Assembly: GCA_023213395.1 (NCBI GenBank)
Contig: CM041465.1
Coordinates: 224,509,741-224,573,740, forward strand
Origin: Cycas panzhihuaensis
Lineage: Eukaryota; Plantae; Cycadophyta
Length of the DNA stretch: 64,000 bases
Direction of reading: 5' to 3'
Part shown: positions 13,064-25,458 of the stretch, one piece after another
Layout of the letters: the number at the start of each line of letters is the position of its first letter
Numbering within the stretch: position 1 is the stretch's first letter
Program-made: the position numbers and the translations under genes
Notes under the pieces: generated by a model
What the model was told of the DNA's origin: nothing
Database searches by the model: none
The model's input: only the letters and a program-made list of their open reading frames with translations

Positions 13064-15995
13064 TGTTGAAAACCAAATTGAGAAAGTGAATGGTCTTCAT
13101 TGATTCATGAGAGGGAAATAGTCTCTCTTATATACAACTAATTTACATAACAAATCCAGTACATGTATGATAAGTGTTGCTTTAAGATAGAAGAGGGACA
13201 ATGACACATAACCCTTAATTTACGTAAAGATCACTATAGTACAAGTCTTAAGATAAAACATTAATATTCTAACACCCTCCCTTAATGTTTTATCCTTTAT
13301 TTTTCATCCCAAGTAGATCTCTAAAATACTAAAGTTTATCTTTTGATAATGGTTTTGTGAAGATGTCTGCAACTTACTGATCACTACTATAATATTGAAA
13401 GTCTATGCCTTTATTCTGGACCTTCTTTCTGATGAAATGTTGATAAACTTCTATGTGTTTGGTCCTTGCATGGAAGACAGGGTTTTTGGTGAGTTTGATA
13501 ACACTTTGGTTATCACAGTAGATTGTAGTTGATTTCTAACAACTTTGATTTAGATCCTTCAGAAGTTGTCTTAACGAAATTGCTTCATAGGTTGCACTTA
13601 TTGCATCTTTATACTACGCTTTTGTTGAGGGTATGGCTATTGTTTGTTGTTTTTCACTACTCCATGATGTTACAACTGTTCCAAGATTGAAGCAATGGCC
13701 TCATGTGGACTTCCTTTCCCAAAGTTCTCCTGCCTAGTTAGAGTCAGTGAATCCAATTAAACCTGGTTTGTTTGCTTTGGTATATTGCAGTCTAAGATCT
13801 AATGTATCTTAAGATTCGTTTTGCAGCATTCCAATGAACAATCTTTGGATTGTTCATGAACCTATAAACAACTCCAACGGAAAAGGATATATTTGGTTTG
13901 GTGGCGATCAAATAAATAAGACTTTCGACAAGTTGTCTGAAGAGAGTTTCATTTACTTTATGATGATTGTCTTCATTAGCAATTAGAACACAACCTGTTT
14001 CCATGGGTGTAGCACATGGATTACATTCTTCCATATTGAACTTTTTGAGAAGATTCTTGGCATACTTAGATTGTGAGATAAAGATGCTACTTTCTGCTTG
14101 CTTAACTTTTATGCCAAGATAATAATGAAGTGTACCCCATGTCAGTCATCTCAAAGTTGCTTTCCATCTGTGTTCTCACCCAACTGACAGTCTCTCGATC
14201 ATTGTCTGCAACAATTAAATCATCTACATATACAACAATTATGGTAATCAAGTGTTTTTGTTTTTAATATAAAGACTTGGATCATCCTCACATCTACTAA
14301 AGCCTTTCTTCTAAAGATGATGATCCAATTTTGCATACTAGGTCGAGGTGCTTGTTTTAGCCCATAGAGGGCCTTTTTTAATATGCAGACCAGATATTCC
14401 CCTCCTTTCTTTTTGTATCCTAGTGGTTGTTCCATGTAGACTTCTTCACTAAGATCACCATTCAAGAAGGCACTTTTCACATCTAGTTGCACAATTTTCC
14501 ATCCATATTGTTTTGCTAGAGTTATAGTTGTACAAATAGTTATTAACTTTGCCATAGAAGCAAAGGTTTCTTCATAATAATACTTATAGTCTAAGTATAT
14601 CCTTTTGCCACAAGTTGGGCTTTGTATTTTTCAATACTTCCATCAATTTTTTTTAAAAATCCTATACAACCATTTGCAGCCTACAATAGGTTTATCTTTA
14701 GGTGGAGAAACTAATTCCCAGGTATTGTTTTGATTTATGTAGTCTATTTCTTTATCCATGTCTTCTTGCCATTCTGCTTTTTGGTAGGCTTCTTCAAAAC
14801 TTTGAGGCTCAACTGAACGAGCCAATGCTTGATGTTTTTGAGACCTAGTTCTATGCTTAAATACATCTCCTTTTACTTCTTCTATAGTTTTTAGATACCA
14901 TTTAGGTAATTTTTTTTAAAGCTATTGCCCTGTCTTTCTGCTTTAGACAATGTTTCTAGTTCTTCTTGAGATTTTGTTTCTTCGTGATCACGAGGAATTG
15001 ATTTTTCCTCAGTTGTATTGTCATCATTGGCAAATTCTACATTTTCTTCTAATATTATGCCCTTTTGAGAATAGGTACTATCTTTACTGATTAAGATACC
15101 TTCATCAAAGGTTATATCTCTGCTTACAATGTTTTTAAAAATTTTCAAATCTATGGAATGATAGGCTTTTGACTTAGTACTATACCCAACCATGATACAT
15201 TCAATGCTCTTGTAATATATTTTTGCTCTTTTTTGAGTTGGAATATGCGCATAAACATTGCTTTCAAATGTCCTTAGATGACTTATATCAGGTTTCCTGC
15301 CTGTCCATGCCTCTTCTAGAGTAATTTTGTCAAGAACTTTTGTGGGGCTTTTGTTTATTAGGTAGGTAACAGTATTGACTTCTTTAGCCCAATATATGTG
15401 AGACATCTTTTTCTTTTATCATGCATCACGTTGTTTCTGTTATAGTCCTATTCAGTCTTTCAACTACTCCATTCGATTATGGAGTATATGGAGTAGTGAT
15501 TTGTCTTCAAATGCCATGCATTTTACCAAAAAATGAAAATTCATTCAAAATATATTCTCATCCTCCATTTGTTCCAACTGTTTTGATCTTGTGTCCACTT
15601 TCCAGTTCAACTTGAGCTTTAAATTCTTTGAAGCAATCGAGAGCTTTTGATTTGCTAAAGATAAAAAATACCCAAGCCTTCCTGGTGAAATCATTTATGA
15701 ACGTGAGAAAATACCTGGCACCATTAACAAAGTTTGGTGTGATTGCTCCACATATATCACTATGAAACAATTCTATTTTTTTTTTTGTTCTCTAGTTACT
15801 TTTCTGAAATGGCGTTTTGTATTGCTTGCCTAACATGTAGCTTTTGCAGACAGAGAAATTTATTGTAAAGTTAGCAAGCAATCCATTAACCATAGTATAA
15901 GACTTTTGAGCATTTTTAACCTATCATCTGCAATATGTCCATACAGAGAATGCCAGATTTTATTATTATTGTTCTGAATAGACGTGGCATAAAGA
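13064..15995 (-). mobile_element. 5'-truncated Ty1/copia (INT-RT-RH and 3' LTR), short-LTR family like 1905-7047
   Basis: 211-bp LTR 13064-13274 followed by reverse PPT ccctccctt; minus-strand fragments QLDVKSAFLNGDL, SVEPQSFEEA, FHSDICG and KIWHSLYGH. Gag, protease and 5' LTR are absent; right boundary approximate. Confidence 0.92.
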
Positions 15996-16465
15996 TGAAA
16001 AGACAGGTAGTGGGCGGTTGGCGACAGTTGTCATTTCAAAGGAATAATGACAAAGTATGCGTATTCTCCACCACTATCGTGTAATTAAATTCATAATAAG
16101 TACGCACAATTATTCATGATTGATTAATTCCCTTTTTAATGACAAGCAAAGATAGAAAACAACAATTGTTCATAGAATTCGACAACGTTGAGAAGGTAGC
16201 TATGGGTATTCCATAAGCAAACATCTCCTTCAGAGAGTTGGATGATGTTCGAATATGCACAGAGTGGCAAGTTATGCAGGAGCAAGACTAGCGAAGAATT
16301 GCCATTAGCTTAGCCGTATTCAAACAATATATAGGTTTTGTTGTTTTACCTATTGCCCCAAAATTTCTTTTCTAGTGGCAACAATGATTGCCCTTTAGGC
16401 CTTCGTGCTAGTTTTTTTTGCAGAAGTAATCGTGCATGTGACAGGGTTAGCAACAAGTGGCGACA

Positions 16466-17887
16466 ATGTACCAAAGGAAAAACAAATTCCTTAGAGACAA
16501 GCAACATGGCCTAGGTATCTAGTTTAGGTATCAATTTTGAATTGATCAAATGGATCGCATATTTTCTATTTACTAAAGTAATTCCAGGGCAGATAAATTT
16601 GTAGGTTGTAACAAACCTTTGACCTGTGCTCTCGCAAGTCGCCAATGGAGAGAAATTTAATTTGATGAAGTTCATCTCCGAGATATTCTGACAAAATTTG
16701 TTGAAAATAAAACATGCAGGATAGATGGTGATCTATTTTCAACCCTCATTACTTCAAGGACTAATTTTTGTCCAATGCTCAAGAATTTAGTTACCGGTTC
16801 TAGAACAGAGCCAACTCAATTGACTACATGGACAAAATATTTCAATAAGGAGAATGTAGATTCACAAGACTTTTGGAAAATTTTGCATGCACAAGATATT
16901 GCTAGTGCATGGATTTAGCAAAGATGGTAGTATGTTGTACAATCATGTCCTTCAAGAGAATTAGTTAATGAGGAAGATAAAGAAGTAGAAAAGCGAGAAG
17001 AGGAGACCTTGTAGGTAAGAACACGTAGCCAAACGATTGAAGAAGAAAGAAGGAAACAAATAAAGGAGGGTAAGAAGATTGTAGAAATAGAAATAGAAGT
17101 AGGAAAAGGAGAGGAATTATAGCTAGCCACCAATGACAAGGCCATAAATACATACACAAAAATAGGCCAAAATGATTTAAAAGATTTAATAAAAGAGGCT
17201 GAGAAGAAAAGAAAACAAGAATTTATAGAAAAAGTATTGCAGGAATCGAAAGAGATATAATTCTCTAAAGATGCACAAGCTTTTGAAGAAAGGTTGGACC
17301 CTATGATGTGCAATCCTCAAAATGTCTCAGATTGGAAAACTTTTTTTCTGGCAAGTATAACTCGGCAACTAGTAATAGAGCTTGAGATTAGAACATAGAA
17401 ACTGCTGTCAAATCAAAGAGCCCTGGAACAATTGAAGGACCAACTTCATGAGGCTCAACAAAAAACTACTCTTATTAAAGAAGAACTGGATTTTTTATGC
17501 AAATTTATCATGGCATGGGTTGATGATGTTTTAGATATACAAACTTAGATGGGAAAATTTAAGGACACATTTGTTTTGCAGATTCCATAAGGACTAGAAG
17601 AAGCAATATGCAAAGTGGGTGCATGGATCTTCAAAAGATATGAAGATGCTAAGCTGCCACAGAAGTTAATAAGAAAGATTCATGTGTTGCAAAAGGAATT
17701 GATAGTTGCGAGAAACTTGATGCAAGATCTATATGATGATATCGCCGAGCTACAAACGAGTGCCTTACCAAATACAAGAGGGCTTGAAGCCGAGCAAGAT
17801 GTCTTAATTTTATATGATTTTGTCCACTCGAAAGGGTGGATACCTCCATCAAACATTATGCGACCTGATCTTACATATTTAGAATGA
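16466..17887 (+). pseudogene. Relic extra ORF (~473 aa) of unknown function, 3' region of the Athila/Tat-like element
   Basis: A single frame runs from ATG 16466 to TGA 17887 without frameshift, interrupted by about 12 stops that can each be explained by one transition. Charged central region and heptad-like C-terminal half. Confidence 0.7.
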
Positions 17888-18104
17888 AAATTCTTAAAAC
17901 TTACAAAGGCAAGGCAAGAGGCTTGTGACTGGGAACAATCTTCTAAACATCCTTGATTCAAAATTTTGGGGGAAGAAACAAAAGGGAAAAAATTTGAATT
18001 TTGGTCGAGTGAGTGCACTCAATAGAGCTGTGTTGTGGGAGACGTGTGCGACAGTTTTGAGAAAATGAAATAGAAGAGATAATGAAGAGGTATAATCAAT
18101 GGTC

Positions 18105-18380
18105 AGATTGCAATTGGCATACACAATCACAGTGAGGATTGCAACCAACAGGCACAATCAGAAGCTAGATTGCAATCAACAAGTGCAATCACAGTGAGGA
18201 TTGCAACCAACAGGTACAATCAAAAGCCATATTGCAATCAATAAGTGCAATCATAGTCAAGATTGCAACCAACAGGTACAATTAGGAACCATATTACAAT
18301 TAGAAAGTGCAATCATAGTCAAGATAATAATCAATAAGTACAATTGCAACCTAGTTGCAATTAGAAATCACAATTCGAAC
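18105..18380. repeat. Same 31/62-bp array in the 3' LTR, one dimer longer
   Basis: Two more units than the 5' copy; LTR lengths 758 vs 696 differ by 62 bp. Confidence 0.85.
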
Positions 18381-20473
18381 TTAGATTATACCATTAGATT
18401 ACAATCAATTAATGGATTGTAATTAGAGTCATGATTAAGAGAAGATTCAAGATAATTAGAGACACTAATTAGTTAGTTTGGCAGAAATAGGAAAGGTGGT
18501 TGAATCCGTGATTGTATAAATAATGTATTTGCCTCATGTCTTATGTCGTAGACTAAGGATTCCATCTATCTTCTTATTGTACGGCTATAGCTAATATTTT
18601 CTCTATTCGAGTTCTCTAGTTTGTACTATTCTTGGGACTACATCTGGTTGTGAGAGAACTAGATGTAGTGCTTGTTTAGATTAATGCAAATAATTGGTTC
18701 ATACTTGGAAATTGTGCTATAAATTTTGGATGTTACATGTGTACTTGTATTTCTTTAAAGAATGCTATCAATAGTTAGATAAGGAAGGCATGAGCACACA
18801 AACTACACAAAATGACATACTGTCACAAAAAAATAAACGTTATACACTCCAATTGATCATGAATATAGGCCTTACATTAATGGAAAGTTAATGAAGGAAG
18901 ATTTCCAACAAGATATGAAGGCTTGAGTTTGAGATTGTTAGAGGGAGATATGCCCTTCAGTAATAGCAAATTTGAAATTGCTTCAATGCATGTAGATAAA
19001 AAATAAAGTTACAAGATAAAATATCAAGAAGTACAAACTCTTGGAACCATTTTTGCCAAAACAAGCCATAATAATTATCATGATAATAATATCACAATGG
19101 ATTTGCAACAATTTGAATCCTCCATAAAGTCTCACCTTAGTGATGCCAAAAACATAAAAGTTAGTTAAAGAAAACAAAATAAAAGCTATCATGCATACTC
19201 ATTAGAATTGATTTCCAACAAACAAGGCCCTATGCATGGGTTGGTATTTTGCACACATATTGCTTTGGTTTCAAATACGATGATGAAAAGATAGAAAATC
19301 TCATGCATTTTACGATAATCTATGGAAAATATTGGGATTTAAGAATATTTGTATTGCTCTAGTAAATGAACAAATAATAAATTATAATGCATGCATTTCC
19401 AATAATCAACATGTGAGTTAGGCCATAAAAGTGAAACATTTGTTTTATAATATGCTTTTAATCTCCAACATAACTTGTGGAATGCTTACATTCTCATAGT
19501 TTATTGTATGACATAATCCAATAATGTTTTGTGTTGTTGTGGGTATAAAACAATAATTCAAATTAGTGTTCATTCAAAATAAGAAACTAGTAACTAGGGA
19601 GAAACATATTTTATGATAATTAACAAGTATTTATATTCCATAAGATCATAACTAATAACTTGATATGATACATCTCTTAAGCATTAAAGTTAGAATGGAG
19701 GCACTTCCATAAAAGATATAAGCTCTTTTTGGTTAGTTAAGACCTATGATTTAATCCAATGCTCTTAGCTAGAAAAGCTTGTGATTGAGTTGAAACTTTT
19801 TTGAGGTTGCAACATAATTGATGATGTTAAAGAATTGTGAGTCATTATGATTCATTGTACATTCCTATTTTATTGTTATGTCTAGGAAATATTTGAACTT
19901 GTAATGTCTTTGTCATGTCAATAGACAATTTGCTTTTGATTTCATCATCTTATTTTGTTTAATGAAAGTTGAACAATCCTTGCGGGCATGGCTATCGAGT
20001 TTGTTAACCTACCTAGTGGTGTTTGCAAGTTGGGTTTGACCTTGAACTTGATTCTTAGGTTCCTATTTTGGGTTCGCTTTGATTTGGCCTAGTGTTTGCC
20101 TAACTAAGCACCGATCGAATCCTAATTGCTCTAGTTGAACTTAGTGGAATCTAGTCAAACTCAAGGAACATGCATATGAATCCATGTGTGACACTTCAAC
20201 TGAAAAAATTGTAGAAAAACTAATAAAAAAACCCAAAAACAATATTTAAATGCTAGAAGTAGAGTGCCTAAGTGTTTTATTAACAAAAAAAATGCTCATT
20301 TGAAGCAAGCAATGAAAAGAGAAAACATGTGCAAATCATATTGCACTTTGAGAAACACCCATTCTCCCACCCTTGAAAAAAATTGTTGCACTTGAATCCA
20401 TGAACCCTAATTTTGGAGGAAGGAATTGGGTTTTTCAAACACCTGATTCAACAAACCTATAAATCCAACAACC

Positions 20474-23400
20474 TGTTGGATGTGAAGCCAATTCAGGTTT
20501 CCAACATGATGATTGAACAACTATTGTGTAAAATTTTCCTCGCGTTGAGTATTGCGTTGGGTGTAAAAATTATTAGGGGTCCCAAGGGCACAGGTTGTTG
20601 CCCCCTAGGCAATTGAAAGCTGCTTGTGGCCATTAGGCTGCAATATAGCCGTAGGGCATTCTAGATGCGGCCGATAGGCCGCAGATGGAGAAAAAAGATG
20701 CTTTTTGATTTTTTTGGCGTGGCTTTTTGGAACAATTTTGGAGTTGGTGTTTTTTTAATATAAGTCTGATCAAGCTATTGTATCCAAGAGATGAACAAAA
20801 AAAAGAAGGAATGTACTTCTGATCTTGTTGCTAATAAAGGAGAGACCTTTGCCTGGTGGTTTTTTTACCTTGGCACTCTGCCAAGATTTTGCTCGTAAAA
20901 ATCTGGGTTGTTCTCTTGTACTCTCTCTTGACTTCATTACTTATTTAGTGTTTGTGCATTGTTATTTTTCTCTTTCAGTTGGTATCAAAGCTGAGGGTTT
21001 CTTTCTCTAGCAGTTGTGCACACGATAGCAAGAAGCTGAAAAATGAGTATGACCATATTTGAGATAGAGAAGTTCGATGGGTCAAACTTTGCTCTATGGA
21101 AACTAAAGATCCAAGCGATGTTGGTTAAAGATCGCTATGCTCTAGCCCTTAAGGGTTTGACAACCAAACCAACAACAATGTCTGTAGAAGACTGGGATGT
21201 TATGAATACAAAAGTTAGGGCAAATATGCATCTATCCCTAGCCGATTTAAGTTTTGTTCAATGTAGTGGAGGAGACAACAACGAAGGGGCTTTGGGCTAA
21301 GTTCAACAAGCTGTATGAAACAAAGTCATTATCAAATAGGATTTTTTTTGTAAAGACAGTTGTACAATCTGAGAATGAAGGACAAAACACTTGTTGCAGA
21401 CCATTTAAATGATTTCAACACACTGATTAACAAGCTAAATTCAGTGGAAGTGAAGATGGAGGAGGAAGATAGGGCTACAACCCTACTTTGTTTGCTATCA
21501 GACTCATGGGACTAGTTGGTGATGACACTTAGCAATGCAAATCCTTCTAGAACCCTCATTTACAATGATGTGGTGATTGCATTGTTGGAAGAGGAATCGA
21601 GGTAGAAGACATCTCAAAGTGGGACTTCTAGTGATGCCCTATTTGTAAGGGGCAAGACCACAAAAAGAAATCAATCAAGTAGATCTCATTCCAGGTCGAA
21701 GTCTAAGATGCAGAAAAGGGGGAAATATTGGCATTTTGGGAAGTTTGGACATCTCAAGAAGGATTGTAGGCTACTAAAAGCAGAAGTAGGAAAAACCAGT
21801 TCACAGAGCTTAGATGCAAACATAGTTGAAAATTCAGGATCACAAGAAGATGGTGAAGTGCTTTCAACAAATTCTCGAGAACAGTTGTTGCACGCATGGC
21901 TATTGGACTTAAGGGCTTCATTCCATATGACACCACACAGGGACTGGTTCACCTCATATCAATCATGTGATGGAGGCATAGTCTACATGGGCAATAATAA
22001 CTCATGTAAGGTTGTAGGAGAAGTCAAGTTGATTTATGATGGAGCTGTTCATACCATTCAGAAAGTTTGCCATGTTTCGGGGCTGAAGAAGAACTTACTT
22101 TGGGTAAGTTCGATGAGCTGGACTATAAATACAACAGTGAAAAAGGCTATTTAAAGGACTCTAAGGGAGCTTTAGGAGTGATAAAGGTGAGAAATGTGAA
22201 CACAATCTGTATAAGCTGATTGGAGAGATTATAATTGGGGAGGCTATAGTGGTAACAACAGGTGCCATGGATTCAGTAACTTTGTGGCGTCAACGCCTAG
22301 GCCACATGAGTGAGAGAGGACTAAAGATACTACTCGATAGGAACCTTTTGCCAGGTTTAAAATCTCCTAATCTCAGTTTTTGTGAACATTGTTTGTTTGG
22401 AAAACAGAATAGGCTCTAGTTTGCTAGATGCACTACTAGAAGTTCATATTTTTTGCAGTTATTACATTCAGACTAATTTGAACCTACACCTGTAGCTTCA
22501 TTAGGAGGGTCACTGCATTTGTGTCATTCATTGATGACTACTCTCGTAAAGTATGGGTGTTTCTTGTCAAGAAGAAGTCATATGCCTCAGACTGTTTTAA
22601 GAAACTAAAAGCTCTTATAGAGAAACAGATGGGTAAGAGCATTAAGTGTCTCAGGACAGACAATGGGGTGGGGTTTTGCTCGGAGGAATTTGATCAATTT
22701 TCCAATGAGCATGGAATAAGCAGGCAAAAAACGGTTTCTGATACTCCACAACAAAATAGGGCAGCTGAGAGGATGAATCGTACCATTATGGAGTGTGCCA
22801 GGTGTTCTTAGCACTATTGGTCTGGGGCAAGAATTTTGGGTTGAGGCTGTAAATATTGCTACGTACTTAATCAATAGGTCACCCACTACAACTCTAGATG
22901 GGAAGATTCTTGAAGAGTTATGGACAGGAAAACTTGTTAATTATTCCCATTTAGTTGTCTTTGGTTGTGATGCTTATGCCCATGTCTTAGAGGAACAAAG
23001 GTCCAAGTTGGACATAAAGTCGAAGAAGCGCATTTTTCTTGGCTATGGTGATGGAACAAAAGGGTACAGGCTATGGGATACTATTGCCCACAAGCTTATC
23101 ATTAGCTGAGATGTGGCATATATCTAAAATCCATGCAAAAAGTTGAAGAACAACAAACAATAGCTATTGTACCTACGAAGGAAATAAAAGTGGAAGATGA
23201 TGCTATGGAAAAAGATGAAAATCATGAACTTGAACAATAGAGTATTGTGATTGAACATGAAGAACAACAACTTGAGCAACCATAGGTTGATGTATCTCAT
23301 TGGGTTAGGAGATTCACTAGAATATCCAAGCCACCCAAAAGGTATATTCCTGATGCACATTCAACTTTTGCGTTAGTTACTAATGTTGATGAGCCTAGCT

Positions 23401-25458
23401 CATTTTAGGAAGCTTGTGAGGCTAAAGATGAAAGCAAATGGTGGATTGCCATGGAGGAGGAAATGGAGGCCCTAAGTAAAACAACGTGTGGGAGCTGATG
23501 AAATTGCTCATAGGTCGCAAGGCCATAGGAAACCGGTGGGTCTTTAAGCTGAAAAGGGATGTTGATGGTGCAATTGAGCGACATAGAGCTTGATTGGTGG
23601 CTAAGGGGTATGCACAAAAATCAAGTCTAGATTTTGATGAGATCATTTCCCTAGTTGTATGCTTGAGTACTATTAGAGTTATGCTAGCTTTGGCTACTTC
23701 CCTTGACCTTGAATTGGAGCAACTTGATGTGAAGATAGCCTTTTTTGCATGGTAACCTCAATGAGGAGATTTATATGGAGTAGTCGAAAGGTTTTTTAAT
23801 AAGAGGCAAAGAGAATCTTATATGCAGGTTGAACAAATAGCTGTATGGTCTTAAACAGGCACTAAGATGTTGGTACAAACGATTTGATTCCTTCATGATG
23901 AGTCTGGGATTTAGCAGATGCGAAGCTGATCATTGTGCTTACTTTAAAAGATATGATGATGACAATTTCATTATTTTGTTGTTGTACGTTGACGAGATGT
24001 TGGTTGTAGGCCCCAACATGGATAAAATTGTCAAATTTAAGGCTCAATTGGCTAGGACATTTGAAGTGAAGGATTTAGGTGTTGTAAATCAGATTCTTGG
24101 CATGAGGATACATAGAGATAGGAAAAGCAGGAAGATCTAGCTTACACAAAAGACATGTGGAAAAGGTTATACAACACTTCAACATGCAAAATGCTCATCC
24201 AATTAGTACCCCATTTCTTGCATACATGAAGTTGTCTTGGGAATAGAGTCCTAGCAACAAAGCAGAAAAGGCACATATGTCTCATGTACCATACTCATCA
24301 GCAGTAGGTAGCCTAATGTTTGCCATGGTGTGTACTAGACCGGACATTGTCCAAGTAGTGGGAGTTGTCAGTCAGTTCATGGAAAATCCCAGTTGTGATC
24401 ATTGGACTGTTGTGAAGTGGATCCTTCCTTATTTCAAGGGTACTTCATATGCTACTATCTATTATAGTTTGACAAAACTTTAGGTGGCAGGGCTTGTAGA
24501 TTCAAATTTTGTTGGCAATAGAGACAAACATAAGTCCACAATAGGATATGTATTCACTCTTGCAAGTGGAGCAATCAACTGGATATCAAAACTGTAGTTT
24601 GTGATGGCATTATCTACTACATAAGTAGAATATATGGTAGCAACACAAGCATGTAAGGAAGTGATATGGCTGGACAAATTACTGGGAGAATTGCAAGTCA
24701 ACCTGAATATGATTGTTTTACATTGAGACAATCAAATTGTCTTGCACTTAGCAAGAAACCTAGCATTTCATGCCAAGACAAAGCACATAGGTGTGCGATA
24801 TCATTTTGTATGTGACATTGTAGCAGAAGGACAAGTCTCATTGCAGAAGATCCGTACTTATGACAACCCGACAGACATGTTGACAAAGTGGATTAGAAGG
24901 GAGAAGTTTATCTGGTGCATAACATCTCTGGAATTGCATATAATAGGATGATGATTAGCACGGGCATTGGTCCCTTGGAAGGAGTACATAGTAGCATAAT
25001 TCAAAATTCACTTCAAGTGGGAGAATGTTAGATGTGAAGCCAATTCTGGTTTTGAACATGATGATTGTACAACTGATGTGTAAAATTCTCTTTGCGTTGA
25101 GTATTGCACCTGGCGCAAAAATTGCTGGGGGTCCTGTGGGTAGGTCGTTGCCCCTTGGGTGGTGAAGCTATTTGCGACAAACGAAGCAAAAAACTATTTT
25201 TTGCTTTTTTTTGGTGCGGTTTGGTAGTTGGTGTTTTTCTTATTTAAATCCGATCAAGCTATTGTACCCAAGAGATGAACCAAAAAAGGAGTGTACTTTT
25301 GATCTTGCTGCTAATAAACGAGAGATTTTTTGCCTGGAGGTTCTTTTACCTTGGCACTCTGCGAGGCTTTTCCACGTAAAAATCTGTGTTGTTCTCTTGT
25401 ACTCTCTCTTGGCTTCATTGCTTGTTTAGTGTTTGTGCATTATTATTTTTCTCTTTCA
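20474..25458 (+). mobile_element. Full-length but heavily decayed Ty1/copia (Tnt1/Tork-like)
   Basis: LTRs 20474-20977 and 25026-25458; TSD CAACC (20469-20473, 25459-25463); PBS tggtatcaaagc 20980-20991; PPT aagtgggagaa. Confidence 0.96.
21043..24951 (+). pseudogene. Copia gag-pol with many stops and frameshifts
   Basis: FEIEKFDGSNFALWKLK gag; WLLDLRASFHMTP protease; CLRTDNG integrase; LLLYVDEML RT; FHAKTKHIGVRYHF RNase H. Confidence 0.95.

Larger units (their letters stand above)
10894..18800 (+). mobile_element. Non-chromoviral Ty3/gypsy (Athila/Tat-like) element lacking pol, carrying a 3' extra ORF
   Basis: Homologous LTRs 10894-11589 and 18043-18800 with mutated termini; TSD AACTA (10889-10893, 18801-18805); PBS-like tggttctgttgcc at 11591; short purine tract gggaga before the 3' LTR; gypsy gag inside. 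Confidence 0.88.

Noticed and set aside
16915-17313. Hydrophobic 132-aa minus-strand ORF as a membrane or env protein
   Set aside because: It is the antisense shadow of the purine-rich E/K-coding + strand frame.
18806-20473. Possible hAT-type DNA transposon remnant (continuing 25464-25637)
   Set aside because: Only vague resemblance; no terminal inverted repeat, 8-bp TSD or convincing transposase translation.
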